In this document: one piece after another, positions 24,746-33,951 of the stretch
Position numbering within the stretch: position 1 is the stretch's first letter
How the letters are laid out: every line of letters starts with the position of its first letter
IMG/VR virus record: IMGVR_UViG_3300008954_002234
Reading direction: 5' to 3' (one strand)
DNA length: 64,000 nt
Source of the DNA: an uncultured virus (IMG/VR IMGVR_UViG_3300008954_002234)
Lineage: Duplodnaviria > Heunggongvirae > Uroviricota > Caudoviricetes
Translations under genes and position numbers: made by a program
The notes under the pieces: model-generated
Told to the model about the DNA's origin: nothing
The model's database searches: none
Seen by the model: only the letters and a program-made list of their open reading frames with translations

Positions 24746-27046
24746 TTACTTGGTTGTCAAGTTCCAAGTTGAATCAATTACATTTGTATAATTTATACAG
24801 TCGTGCATCCAAGCAGGGTCAGTCTCTCTCCAGCTATTAAAGTTGCAATCGTCCAAATGTCTAATCATCGGATACTTATCATTGCATTTAATTACAAGGC
24901 AAGCCCACTCTTTGTATAACTCGTCCTTAATGTTTTGAGTGTCGAGTCCTGCTTTTTCAATCCAAGAATCAAGTGAGTCCCGAACTTTATTCAAATCGGC
25001 TTCATCTTTCTTGTGTCCTTTTTCCTCAAAAAACTCAAACAACTTGTAAAGATCAGAATTTTCGTTCAAGCCAAATGTTTTCCAGTTATGCTTTTCAATT
25101 TCTGCCAAGAAGCATCCCCAATGCCTATCTATATCATTGATACTGTTGTTTGATGAAACAAAACTACCACTTCTTCTGTATTCTCCGCGCAATATAGAGT
25201 CGATAAACATCGCTTCAATCAATTTGCGGTGCAAGTCGCTGCCAAATTTTTGCTTCACTTCGTTAATTACCCAATCTTCAAGAGAAGTCCAATTCTTTGA
25301 CTCTTTTATGCTGTATGCCCTTTTCGGCTTAAAAGCGTACACCTTTGGTATAGATACCCCAAGTTGATTACAAGCGGCAACTACATTTTTCGCATAGACA
25401 ACAGGATGAGTCTCCATGCCTCTATTCTGGACAAGGAACCTATCAATCTTTACATATACTCCCTTCTTGATTGATTTAAGGTCTACTGATGCTTCATCAA
25501 AGTGCTGACTTTTTAGTGAGTCCCAATTACTACCCGATTTTGCGTTGTCTATATTGTAAATAAACTCTTTGGTAGTATGCTTGCTTGACTTCACTCCTGT
25601 GCCGCCGCTACTGCTTGATTCATAAATGTCAGACAGTTTTACTTTTGGCAGGGAATTGAGCTTGGTGAAGTTCTTCTTTCCAGCTTTGGAATAGAAATCC
25701 TTCTCGGCTTGCTTGTTTTTAAACGATAATAAAAATGCTCGTTTGTAAAGTGTTTGACTTTCTGGTCTGGAATCGTACTCCTTAACAAGAGGGTGAATGC
25801 GATTTGCTAGACCATTTGCGTCATCGACATAATCACGATCATCAATAATGAGAATATGGTCGTCGTTACATAATACATTATGAGCCTCATCCATTGAGAC
25901 GCGCTTTTTCTTTGACCATTTATCTGGCTTGCCAAAAGTCTTAACAATAGCTAAACTCTTATCGGCAAACCCAAAGTGATTGTCTTGTATTTTTTGGCCT
26001 TTCCAATAAAGCGTTTTATTCTCAAGAACGCTATTTAGGCGGGAACCTAGTCCTCCATGACTAAATAGTTTCCCATAAACCATCTTCGCTTCCCAAAGGT
26101 TCTTGGCATCTGCCAAATCTTCGCTAACTTTTTTGGGGATTTCTTTGATAATAGACTTTAGTTTGCTAATGATAACCTTCTTGGTTTCATCGGTATATTG
26201 CAATGCCTCTCGGCTTGCCGAAATATCCAAGTCTCCTATCTTGAAGTATATGCACAAAGATACATCATTAAGAAGTGAGTATTGACTTGTATTATACTGT
26301 ATGTCTAAAGCACTCGTACTTAATGGGTAGGCTATGTTACCCATAACTGCAACTGAATCACCATTTTGTCGAATAGTCCAATCATCTGAGTGCATTAGAG
26401 ATTTGGATTCTTCTCCATAGAAGTTGCTCTGGTCTGCTCCCTCGATTTCTGGTCTGACCTCAAAATGAGTGAATAAAGATAATGCTTTATCTCTAAAAGC
26501 CTCAAAGTCTCCCTCTTTTGCTGGTATGACAATCTCAATGCCGTCTTTCTCTTTCGACTTTTCTGATGTTAGCTTGGAGATTTGACCAATTTGAGTGTCA
26601 TCAATAAATGCGTTGTAGGAGGTCTTTTTCCCACTAACGAATGAGTTGATAACGAAATTATCCCCATAAGCGAAAGCACTCTTGCTGCCCAGACCTAATT
26701 GTCCAATTTGTTCGTTTGTCCCGCGCTTGGTGCTTTCACCGTACATGGCATAGACTTGACCAATTTGTTTCTCTGTCAAACCTCTGCCATAATCTCGTAC
26801 CTTGAAGTATGGGGAAAGTTGATTTGGTAGTGTAACCTTGATTGGCTCATCAAGTCTGCCTACCTCTGTATGGGCATCAACCGCATTAGTAGAGTATTCA
26901 CGAATAATCGCAAGCACTTTATCTGAGTATAGCTGATTGCGTAATACATTGAAGATGTGAGCAAGTCCTTCTTTCTTGATACCGAAAGAGTAAGATTTAA
27001 AATCCTCGGATTGCTTGACCGTGTTTTGTTTTGCCTTCGTAATCAT
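24746..27046 (-). CDS. rIIA: RIIA-like protein (N-terminal GHKL ATPase)
   Basis: LYSDKVLAIIREYSTNAVDAH, VRDYGRGL, STKR..IGQLGLGSKSAFAY, SASREAL. Confidence 0.9.
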   Translation of the reverse strand: MITKAKQNTVKQSEDFKSYSFGIKKEGLAHIFNVLRNQLYSDKVLAIIREYSTNAVDAHTEVGRLDEPIKVTLPNQLSPYFKVRDYGRGLTEKQIGQVYAMYGESTKRGTNEQIGQLGLGSKSAFAYGDNFVINSFVSGKKTSYNAFIDDTQIGQISKLTSEKSKEKDGIEIVIPAKEGDFEAFRDKALSLFTHFEVRPEIEGADQSNFYGEESKSLMHSDDWTIRQNGDSVAVMGNIAYPLSTSALDIQYNTSQYSLLNDVSLCIYFKIGDLDISASREALQYTDETKKVIISKLKSIIKEIPKKVSEDLADAKNLWEAKMVYGKLFSHGGLGSRLNSVLENKTLYWKGQKIQDNHFGFADKSLAIVKTFGKPDKWSKKKRVSMDEAHNVLCNDDHILIIDDRDYVDDANGLANRIHPLVKEYDSRPESQTLYKRAFLLSFKNKQAEKDFYSKAGKKNFTKLNSLPKVKLSDIYESSSSGGTGVKSSKHTTKEFIYNIDNAKSGSNWDSLKSQHFDEASVDLKSIKKGVYVKIDRFLVQNRGMETHPVVYAKNVVAACNQLGVSIPKVYAFKPKRAYSIKESKNWTSLEDWVINEVKQKFGSDLHRKLIEAMFIDSILRGEYRRSGSFVSSNNSINDIDRHWGCFLAEIEKHNWKTFGLNENSDLYKLFEFFEEKGHKKDEADLNKVRDSLDSWIEKAGLDTQNIKDELYKEWACLVIKCNDKYPMIRHLDDCNFNSWRETDPAWMHDCINYTNVIDSTWNLTTK

Positions 27047-27252
27047 AACCTGTCTACATACTACATTGTACTGACGGGAAAGTCAAGCACTTTTTTTACG
27101 AAGCCTCAATTTTGAATTTTTCCTTATGTTCTTTGGTGATTTTTTTTACATACTTCTCCGCATCGGCTAGACCTTCATCGGAGTAAGGGAACGCGCCAAA
27201 AAGACGATTACCTTTTTCAGATAAAATCAAATAGACTCTATAGCTTTTGCTT

Positions 27253-27582
27253 CTAGTCTTTTTTATAGTTGCCATCTACTCGCTTAAACTTTTTAAAAAT
27301 ACTATCAGCTAATAATCTATTTGTTTTTTCTTCTAATTTATCAATCTCTCTTTCCTCGTTTTCCAATCGTTTTAGGACGAACTGCATATCAAGATTTAAT
27401 TTATGATATTTTTCTTCTGTATTTTCTGGATGCCAGTCAGGATATTTTTCTGCTTCATCCATCTTTTTAATAACTACATTCATTTGTTCTTCCCAAAAAG
27501 CAAGACTTTCGTGAATCAAGTCGTGACTCTCATTTAGTTCTTCTCTGATTGTCTTTCGAGGCTTTTTGTTTTTTTTATTCAT
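27253..27582 (-). CDS. Coiled-coil hypothetical protein
   Basis: ORF track. Confidence 0.55.
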   Translation of the reverse strand: MNKKNKKPRKTIREELNESHDLIHESLAFWEEQMNVVIKKMDEAEKYPDWHPENTEEKYHKLNLDMQFVLKRLENEEREIDKLEEKTNRLLADSIFKKFKRVDGNYKKD

Positions 27583-27790
27583 TTAAAAGTTTTTTTAAAA
27601 CCCTGAGATGGAAAAGCACAAATGACTCTCCGATTGCTTTTTCACCTTGAGCTTTGCTAATCCAGTAATCTTTTAGGTACTCATCCTGAGTTTCGGCTCC
27701 TTCGATTATCTGGTCAAGCAAATTATTTGCATTTTTTAGTTTCGCATCTATTTTTTCTAATTCGATGTTATCCATATAAAAGTTATTCAT
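27575..27790 (-). CDS. Hypothetical protein
   Basis: AGTGTAAT motif 5 nt upstream of ATG. Confidence 0.55.
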   Translation of the reverse strand: MNNFYMDNIELEKIDAKLKNANNLLDQIIEGAETQDEYLKDYWISKAQGEKAIGESFVLFHLRVLKKLLNE

Positions 27791-27933
27791 AATAAATTAC
27801 ACTACCCTCTAATTATTTGGCCCTTTTTGTTTCCTTTTTATTTTTCTTATTTGGCCTTTTTTCTTTCACAAATTCTCTATCCACAACCTCACTATTTAAT
27901 GGCCAATTTAATGTGTCATTATTTGGCCTTTCT

Positions 27934-28167
27934 TCAGTCATAATTGTCTAGGCTTTCATCTTGCTTGTAGCATTCGCATATCTGATTAACTATCCTACAA
28001 AACACTTGCGCTTCTGAGCGCACGGCAAGGGTCACTCCCGCAAAGTTTCTAGAATTTATACTATTAAGAGTTTCGACTTGCCTGTCGCTGAGTCTTATCG
28101 TGTACTGTCTGACGGGAGTATTATCCGGCAAAACTTCTTCTGGTTTATGGAACTCTGGCTCTATCAT
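27934..28167 (-). CDS. Hypothetical protein
   Basis: Start placed at MIEPEF. Confidence 0.45.
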   Translation of the reverse strand: MIEPEFHKPEEVLPDNTPVRQYTIRLSDRQVETLNSINSRNFAGVTLAVRSEAQVFCRIVNQICECYKQDESLDNYD

Positions 28168-28183
28168 GTTATTTAACCTATCT

Positions 28184-28954
28184 TTATTTATAATCAAGAC
28201 TAATTGCACCTACCCCTCTTTGCTGAACTATCTCAGAGGCTTTCTTATTTGCGTATTTTATTGCTTCATCTATATTATTTGTCTCAAGTTGTTTCGCAAC
28301 TAAAGCTGCAAGGAAAGAGTCTCCCGCACCTGACAAATCAAATACATCTACTTTTTCAGCAGGGTAGTAATGAAAACCTTTTTCTTTCATCATCACGCAG
28401 CCTTGGTCGCCAAGGGTAACAATAAGCTTATCGACCCATCCCTCAAGATTGATACTACTTTTAATGGCCTCAAATTCTGGTGTGTTTATTTTTATATAGG
28501 CTACATCTTTACACCAATAACCTATGCACTTTTTAGTATCTAAAAATGTGTTTTTATTATTTGAGCAAAAACGACTAATATCTGCTTCTGAGAGAAAGCC
28601 TTTGTTGTAATCACTAATAACTACTGCGTCATAACTTGATATTTCTTCATCATCAATTACTCCATCGTAAAATTTGTCAATGGTATCTTCATTGTCTACT
28701 CTTAAAAAAGTATAATTAAGTTTTTCGTCTACATATCTTGTTTTACTAATAGGCTTTATTTGCGTTATGGAGTCTACTTTATGACCTAACGACTCTAGAT
28801 TGCGTATGGTATTGCCAGCCATGCCCTCGTTCTTGACTTCTTTGTCGGGTTTAAAGACGGGAGCTGGTACATCTGGGCAAAGCCTAGAGGCAGAGCCATA
28901 AATAAATATGTCATCGCAAATTTCTCCTACTACTAATATCTTGTTATTTGGCAT
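28184..28954 (-). CDS. rfaE1: HldE/RfaE domain I-like heptose-7-phosphate kinase (PfkB family)
   Basis: ILVVGE..D..IYG..RLCPDVPAPV, GMAGN, ISDYNKG, DLSGAGDSF. Confidence 0.85.
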   Translation of the reverse strand: MPNNKILVVGEICDDIFIYGSASRLCPDVPAPVFKPDKEVKNEGMAGNTIRNLESLGHKVDSITQIKPISKTRYVDEKLNYTFLRVDNEDTIDKFYDGVIDDEEISSYDAVVISDYNKGFLSEADISRFCSNNKNTFLDTKKCIGYWCKDVAYIKINTPEFEAIKSSINLEGWVDKLIVTLGDQGCVMMKEKGFHYYPAEKVDVFDLSGAGDSFLAALVAKQLETNNIDEAIKYANKKASEIVQQRGVGAISLDYK

Positions 28955-29084
28955 TTTTTTATTAACTTATTCAAGTATGTGGCACTGAATACTTAGCCGC
29001 CAATACACAATTTAATATTATTAAAATTAATATAATAGACCACCATATAATCTTATGTTTATTTGGCATTTTTTTACTCATATT

Positions 29085-29531
29085 TCATAGGTACTGCAAA
29101 TTTAGTTGGCCTGTTATCTTATCAATTAGCGATGTTGTAGATTTCCCTTTTGTAAGGCTTAGTAGCTTAACTGTTCCTCCGTTCTTTTCTACTGTAAGCT
29201 TCTCCCTTGTGGCCACGGGGCATTTCTTTTCCCAATTACCTGAGTAGTCTCCACCTTTCACATAAATATCTGGTTTTATTGATTCTAAAAAAATACAAGC
29301 GTCCGTTTCATCAAATATTCGAACCTCATCTACCCACCTTATAGCCTCAAGGACAGCCTTTCTGTCTTTTTCGTTATTTATAGGGCGAGTAGAACCTTTT
29401 AATTCCCTGACTGATCGGTCGCTGTTGCACCCAACGATGAGGCGGTCTCCAAGCTCTCTGGCTTCTCGCAAAAAAGAAACATGACCAGCGTGAATCAAGT
29501 CAAAGCACCCGTTTGTCGCTATAACCTTCAT
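29085..29531 (-). CDS. rfaE2: HldE/RfaE domain II heptose-1-phosphate adenylyltransferase
   Basis: TNGCFDLIHAGH, NSDRSVRELKG..RPIN, YVKGGDY, STT. Confidence 0.9.
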   Translation of the reverse strand: MKVIATNGCFDLIHAGHVSFLREARELGDRLIVGCNSDRSVRELKGSTRPINNEKDRKAVLEAIRWVDEVRIFDETDACIFLESIKPDIYVKGGDYSGNWEKKCPVATREKLTVEKNGGTVKLLSLTKGKSTTSLIDKITGQLNLQYL

Positions 29532-29706
29532 TAGAATATTAAACTCCCTGCATCAGACTGACGATACTGTGAGCGTGGCTTTCTTCTATTTAAGTCTCTT
29601 GCTATGGCATCCGCAATACCTTCTCTAGCGGCCTCGCTATCAAAGTTTATTTGCTTGTTTTCTTTTTGTATCTTATTGAGTATATCAATTATTTCTCTCT
29701 TTAATT

Positions 29707-30066
29707 TCATCTCTTACCTCCAAAATATTCTGTGGCGTGTCCTTCTTTAACTAGAATATCATTAAAGCTATCAAATGAGTCTACTTCTTTGAATAGAGTT
29801 CCAAGTAGCCTGCCGAACTTGCCTTTCTTATCTATTCTAGTCTCAACTATAAACTCATTCTTATTTTCTTTTATGAGTTCTTTGAGTCTTGCTTTGGCTG
29901 CTAGACCTAGCTTCTTTTCTTCTTTGTCTCTAGTCCTACACTCTGGCGTGTTGATACCGTATAAGCGAATACGCTCTTTCTTAAAGGTGCTAAACCCACA
30001 ATCAATTAGCGCATCTACTGTATCGCCGTCTACTACTCTTATTAATTTTGCTTTATATTGATACAT
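29707..30066 (-). CDS. Thermonuclease (SNase-like)
   Basis: RVVDGDTVD, RIRLYGINTPE, GKFGRLLG. Confidence 0.88.
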   Translation of the reverse strand: MYQYKAKLIRVVDGDTVDALIDCGFSTFKKERIRLYGINTPECRTRDKEEKKLGLAAKARLKELIKENKNEFIVETRIDKKGKFGRLLGTLFKEVDSFDSFNDILVKEGHATEYFGGKR

Positions 30067-31045
30067 TTTGTATTTTTCTTTTTATATCTTGTGAATGATA
30101 ATCTTTTGTCTCGTCTAATAAAAATAATCTATGCTCTTCCATAGCCTCTGAATACCAAGTTTTTAAAAAACTTTCGTGAGCATTACCGTGAACAATATAA
30201 TCTATATTATTTGCCTCCATCCAATCAATAGTTGTTATAGAGCCTTCTGCTGGTAGTATTACTTCATCAACATATTTACAAGCTTCAATAATTTCTACTC
30301 TTTCTTCGTAAGAGAATATAGGCGGCTCCTTGTAAGTTTTTACTATCTCGTCTGGTGTAACGGCGACCACAACTTTATCAAATATATCTCTCATTTTTCG
30401 AAGTAAGCGAACATGGCCTTTGTGGTACAAGTCAAAGACCCCCTCTGTATACCCTGTGATTGGGTCTCTATACCCGTAGGACTTTATGTCTCCTTCCCAG
30501 TTGCCAACTTCTCTGGCTGCAACAACTTTTGTTCTCCAATCCACCCCCATACCCCCAACATCTTTATAAACATAATCTAAATACTTTTCAGCATACTTGG
30601 ATATTAAGAACTCAAAACCTTCAAATTGTATGGTTTTAAGATTTTGTTGATAGTAAGCTTTACTGCGAAAGGCTCTTTTGTAGTTTGAGGGTGCACTTCT
30701 TATACCCATACCTCCCCAACCATGGTTATCGTTAGTATTAAAACAGTATATATCTATCTTAAACTCCTCTTCGTTTTCGTTGTTAGTTATGGTTAAGAAT
30801 TTTCCTCCAGAAAAACAGTTAATAAAATTATATTTATAGCTATAAGACGGGCCTTCTTCCATGACAGACTCCAGACTTGACCAGTCTTTTTCCCATACCC
30901 CCATGTCGATGTCGTCATCTCCCTCCGGTATCCCTCCATCTCTTATTGCTCCGAGAGCGGAGCCGTACTCAAGCCAGATATCTATATTATTTGAACGAAG
31001 TTCTTTAGAAATATAATGGCATATATGCGCAGCTTTTTTATTCAT
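30053..31045 (-). CDS. LicD-like phosphotransferase fused to a cytidylyltransferase
   Basis: N-terminal GSALGAIRDGG..DDDIDMG; C-terminal GVFDLYHKGH..ER..CKYVDEV..IVHG. Confidence 0.8.
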   Translation of the reverse strand: MNKKAAHICHYISKELRSNNIDIWLEYGSALGAIRDGGIPEGDDDIDMGVWEKDWSSLESVMEEGPSYSYKYNFINCFSGGKFLTITNNENEEEFKIDIYCFNTNDNHGWGGMGIRSAPSNYKRAFRSKAYYQQNLKTIQFEGFEFLISKYAEKYLDYVYKDVGGMGVDWRTKVVAAREVGNWEGDIKSYGYRDPITGYTEGVFDLYHKGHVRLLRKMRDIFDKVVVAVTPDEIVKTYKEPPIFSYEERVEIIEACKYVDEVILPAEGSITTIDWMEANNIDYIVHGNAHESFLKTWYSEAMEEHRLFLLDETKDYHSQDIKRKIQNVSI

Positions 31046-31047
31046 AA

Positions 31048-31593
31048 CTACTTAAAATGTGGGCCGAAGAAGAAGCCTCGCAGCCAACGCTTACTACCTT
31101 TTGTAACTGGGGTTACTCCGCTTATCATATACGAAGGGAAAAATAAGCAAGTCCCAAGCTCTTTATTTGCGTAGACAGGAGTACCGCTATTATGTATAAG
31201 GTGTTCTCCGCCTTCGTAATCTTCGGGCTTAGACAGGCAGATATGAAAACTGATCTTGCTGTATTGCTTGCGATCATCAAAGAAGTTTCGTGCTATGTCC
31301 GATCTTGGAGTATACGAATTTTTCTCTGTAAAAGACTCAAGTATCAATGGATCAGAGATTCCATTTATATTAAACTTCCAAGAGTCATTATTTGCTTCTC
31401 TTACAAAATCACATAGCCTGTTATAAATCCAAAAATTATTATCAGTGAAGTCTACTAGGTTAGACTCCTTGTTCTCTCTAGTTATTTTTAAGCATTCTTC
31501 TTCTGAGAATGCTTTATCAAAAATATAATAATCGTTTAGTTTTAAGTTATTATCTTCTCGTTCTAATGAATCTATGTCAGCTAAATAATACAT
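31048..31593 (-). CDS. 2OG-Fe(II) oxygenase-like protein with degenerate metal ligands
   Basis: KIS..LS.PEDYEGG, FPSY..VTPVTKG.KR fold motifs, but both His ligands are replaced. Confidence 0.7.
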   Translation of the reverse strand: MYYLADIDSLEREDNNLKLNDYYIFDKAFSEEECLKITRENKESNLVDFTDNNFWIYNRLCDFVREANNDSWKFNINGISDPLILESFTEKNSYTPRSDIARNFFDDRKQYSKISFHICLSKPEDYEGGEHLIHNSGTPVYANKELGTCLFFPSYMISGVTPVTKGSKRWLRGFFFGPHFK

Positions 31594-31594
31594 A

Positions 31595-31780
31595 TTAGCA
31601 TTCCTTTACATCTTCTAACTCTGCAAGTTCTACGACCTCTTTGGCTAATCTCTTAGTCATCCTTGGGCAGTCTTCTTCTATTGCTTGTTTTTTCCAAAGC
31701 GGGTATTCTTTATAAATCTTTTCGTAGGCAGCTTCGTACCTTCTCCCCATATCAGACTTTACCTTTTTCTTTCTAGGCAT
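31595..31780 (-). CDS. Hypothetical protein
   Basis: ATG 6 nt after TATAAT of a TTGACG-17 promoter. Confidence 0.6.
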   Translation of the reverse strand: MPRKKKVKSDMGRRYEAAYEKIYKEYPLWKKQAIEEDCPRMTKRLAKEVVELAELEDVKEC

Positions 31781-31811
31781 ATACTTATTATATCAAAAAC
31801 TTAATTAAACG

Positions 31812-32885
31812 TCAACTCTTTTGTTTTTTTGATAATGCTTTTTCGTGCTGTTGTGTAGCTTTTGAATCGTCGTGCATCCAGTTCTCGTCAGTATTCCAAT
31901 TGCCATCTTCATCTTGGTATGGATTATTAAAATCATTTAAAGCTTTTTTTCTTGAGTCAAACTTATGTACGCTGTGATAAGAGCTTTCTTTACAGTCAGG
32001 TTGATCTGGTTTTTTTATTTCGATAGGGCTATCGGACATAGAGTGTAGATCTAGATTTTCTTTAAACCGTAAAGAAGTATCAAACGTATTGGCTCCCTTG
32101 TAATATTCGTCAGCATGGGTTTTGTCATCTTGACCGCCTAATACACTACTAACCCATGTAACCCAAGGGTTATTTAAAACCTCTTTTGCGTTGTACTTGC
32201 CGCCATTCCAATTAAGCACACCTTTTCTAAATATTCTACTGAAAAACAATCTCAACTTCATATTTGGTCTCTGCATTAAATGATAATTTATTATACTTTC
32301 GACAGGGTGAATTAAACATTCGCTATAATATTTTCTTAATTTTAAAAAAGCAGAACAATAATAGTCCATTATATAAGGAGGCCCAAAAGCAACCCAGTTG
32401 TTTAAATTTACTGTATTATAGTTGCCTAGGTTATATACATGATGCCAGTAGGGTATACTTAAGGCGTCTTCATTAACTATATTCAAGTCTGGGTACGAAC
32501 TACAGACCTCGGCTCTAACTATAACGTCGTAGTCTCCGGCGGACGCCATTAGGTTCGCTCTCCATATTTTATATAACATTGAATACACTCTGCCGTTTTT
32601 CTGGGCAAAGTGCATAGCTTGATTAAAGTATTTAGGAGAAGATTCGTATTCTTCGTTTATCGAGGCGAAGCTTCGGTCAAAAGCTTTTTGGTTCTCTACT
32701 TCTAGTTCTTTAGGCTTGTAGGCTTCGACAAATGATTTTATAGTGTCTCCTTCTTGATATACATTTTCTTCGTCCCAAAGGCTAGCAAAAACATCGGCAT
32801 CGTATTTCTTAATTATTTGTTGCCAGTATCTTTGGTTTTGTTTTACATAATATGGTAGCCCTGCAAAGCAAATCGCAACTTTCAT
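31812..32885 (-). CDS. Putative glycan-modifying protein
   Basis: MKVAICFAG, DVFASLW, YDVIVR; similar to 60658..61566. Confidence 0.5.
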   Translation of the reverse strand: MKVAICFAGLPYYVKQNQRYWQQIIKKYDADVFASLWDEENVYQEGDTIKSFVEAYKPKELEVENQKAFDRSFASINEEYESSPKYFNQAMHFAQKNGRVYSMLYKIWRANLMASAGDYDVIVRAEVCSSYPDLNIVNEDALSIPYWHHVYNLGNYNTVNLNNWVAFGPPYIMDYYCSAFLKLRKYYSECLIHPVESIINYHLMQRPNMKLRLFFSRIFRKGVLNWNGGKYNAKEVLNNPWVTWVSSVLGGQDDKTHADEYYKGANTFDTSLRFKENLDLHSMSDSPIEIKKPDQPDCKESSYHSVHKFDSRKKALNDFNNPYQDEDGNWNTDENWMHDDSKATQQHEKALSKKQKS

Positions 32886-33097
32886 TTTTTAAATATCTCC
32901 TCGTAGTTATCTCTATAAACTTGCCTGTTTTTAGTCCTATCGGAATCACCTTTGCCTGCTCCACCTAGATCGCCGCCTTCTTTTACATACTTATATACTT
33001 CATTGCTATAAGTTTCGCTATGCTTCTCTTTAGTAGAAACTTTTTTACCATTTTTATAATACCAACCCTTATTTGTCTTTGGTTTCTTTTTGCTCAT
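32882..33097 (-). CDS. Small phage protein
   Basis: GAGKGD..R..YRDNYEEIF motif. Confidence 0.6.
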   Translation of the reverse strand: MSKKKPKTNKGWYYKNGKKVSTKEKHSETYSNEVYKYVKEGGDLGGAGKGDSDRTKNRQVYRDNYEEIFKK

Positions 33098-33951
33098 ATG
33101 AGCTCTTTTATCTCCTCTACTGTAAACTCTTGAACTTCGTCGGACGCTGGGCCATCTTCAAATATTCTTTCGTGAAGATTCTCTCCCGGTTGGAGACCAA
33201 TAGATTTGATTTTAAGTTCAGCTCCTTTTGGTAAATATTTAGACGCCATTGCTTCTAGAAGATTACCAATACTCATTGACTTCATCTCTGGTAAATAAGG
33301 AACACAGTCGATGGCGTTTTCCATGCAATCGAAAACCAAGTCAACTGCTTGATCTATAGTCCAAAAGAACCTAGTGGCTCCTGCCTCAGTAACTATAACC
33401 TCCTTGCCTTCTTTAAGTAGCTCTCTCCATTTACAGAGAACTGATCCTGTTGAGTATAAAACATTACCGTATCGGACTGTGCGAAATTTAATCTCTGGGA
33501 AATCTTTCTCAAACTGAGCAAAAAGCCTTTCCATTATTAGCTTTGAGGCTCCATAAACTCCCTTGACTTGCGCCGCCTTGTCTGTACTAATACCTAGAAC
33601 AAATTCTACTCCTGTGTCTACTGCGTGCTCTAGCATATTCAAAGAACCCACTACATTTGATAGAGTACATTCTCTAGCTTGAGTCTCTGCTAAGCCAACG
33701 TGCTTGAATGCAGCTAGATGGAATATACCTTGAATGTCTGTGAATCTTTTCAAGGTAAATTTGTCAGCTATATCTCCAGTGTAATATTCAATATCTGGAA
33801 AGCTTTGCTTAGTTTTTATTAAACCGACTTCACTTCTAGCTACTACTATGACTTTGCCGCCTTCGTCTAGTATTCTTTTGATAAGCTCCTCCCCTAGAAA
33901 ACCGCTGCCTCCGGTTACTAAATATTTTTTATTCTGTTTTATTTTAATCAT
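33094..33951 (-). CDS. Polysaccharide biosynthesis dehydratase (CapD/PseB-like)
   Basis: TGGSGFLG, HLAAFKHV, ISTDKA, YGASK, VRYGNV..STGSV, TRFF, GL.PGE.LHE. Confidence 0.88.
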   Translation of the reverse strand: MIKIKQNKKYLVTGGSGFLGEELIKRILDEGGKVIVVARSEVGLIKTKQSFPDIEYYTGDIADKFTLKRFTDIQGIFHLAAFKHVGLAETQARECTLSNVVGSLNMLEHAVDTGVEFVLGISTDKAAQVKGVYGASKLIMERLFAQFEKDFPEIKFRTVRYGNVLYSTGSVLCKWRELLKEGKEVIVTEAGATRFFWTIDQAVDLVFDCMENAIDCVPYLPEMKSMSIGNLLEAMASKYLPKGAELKIKSIGLQPGENLHERIFEDGPASDEVQEFTVEEIKELI

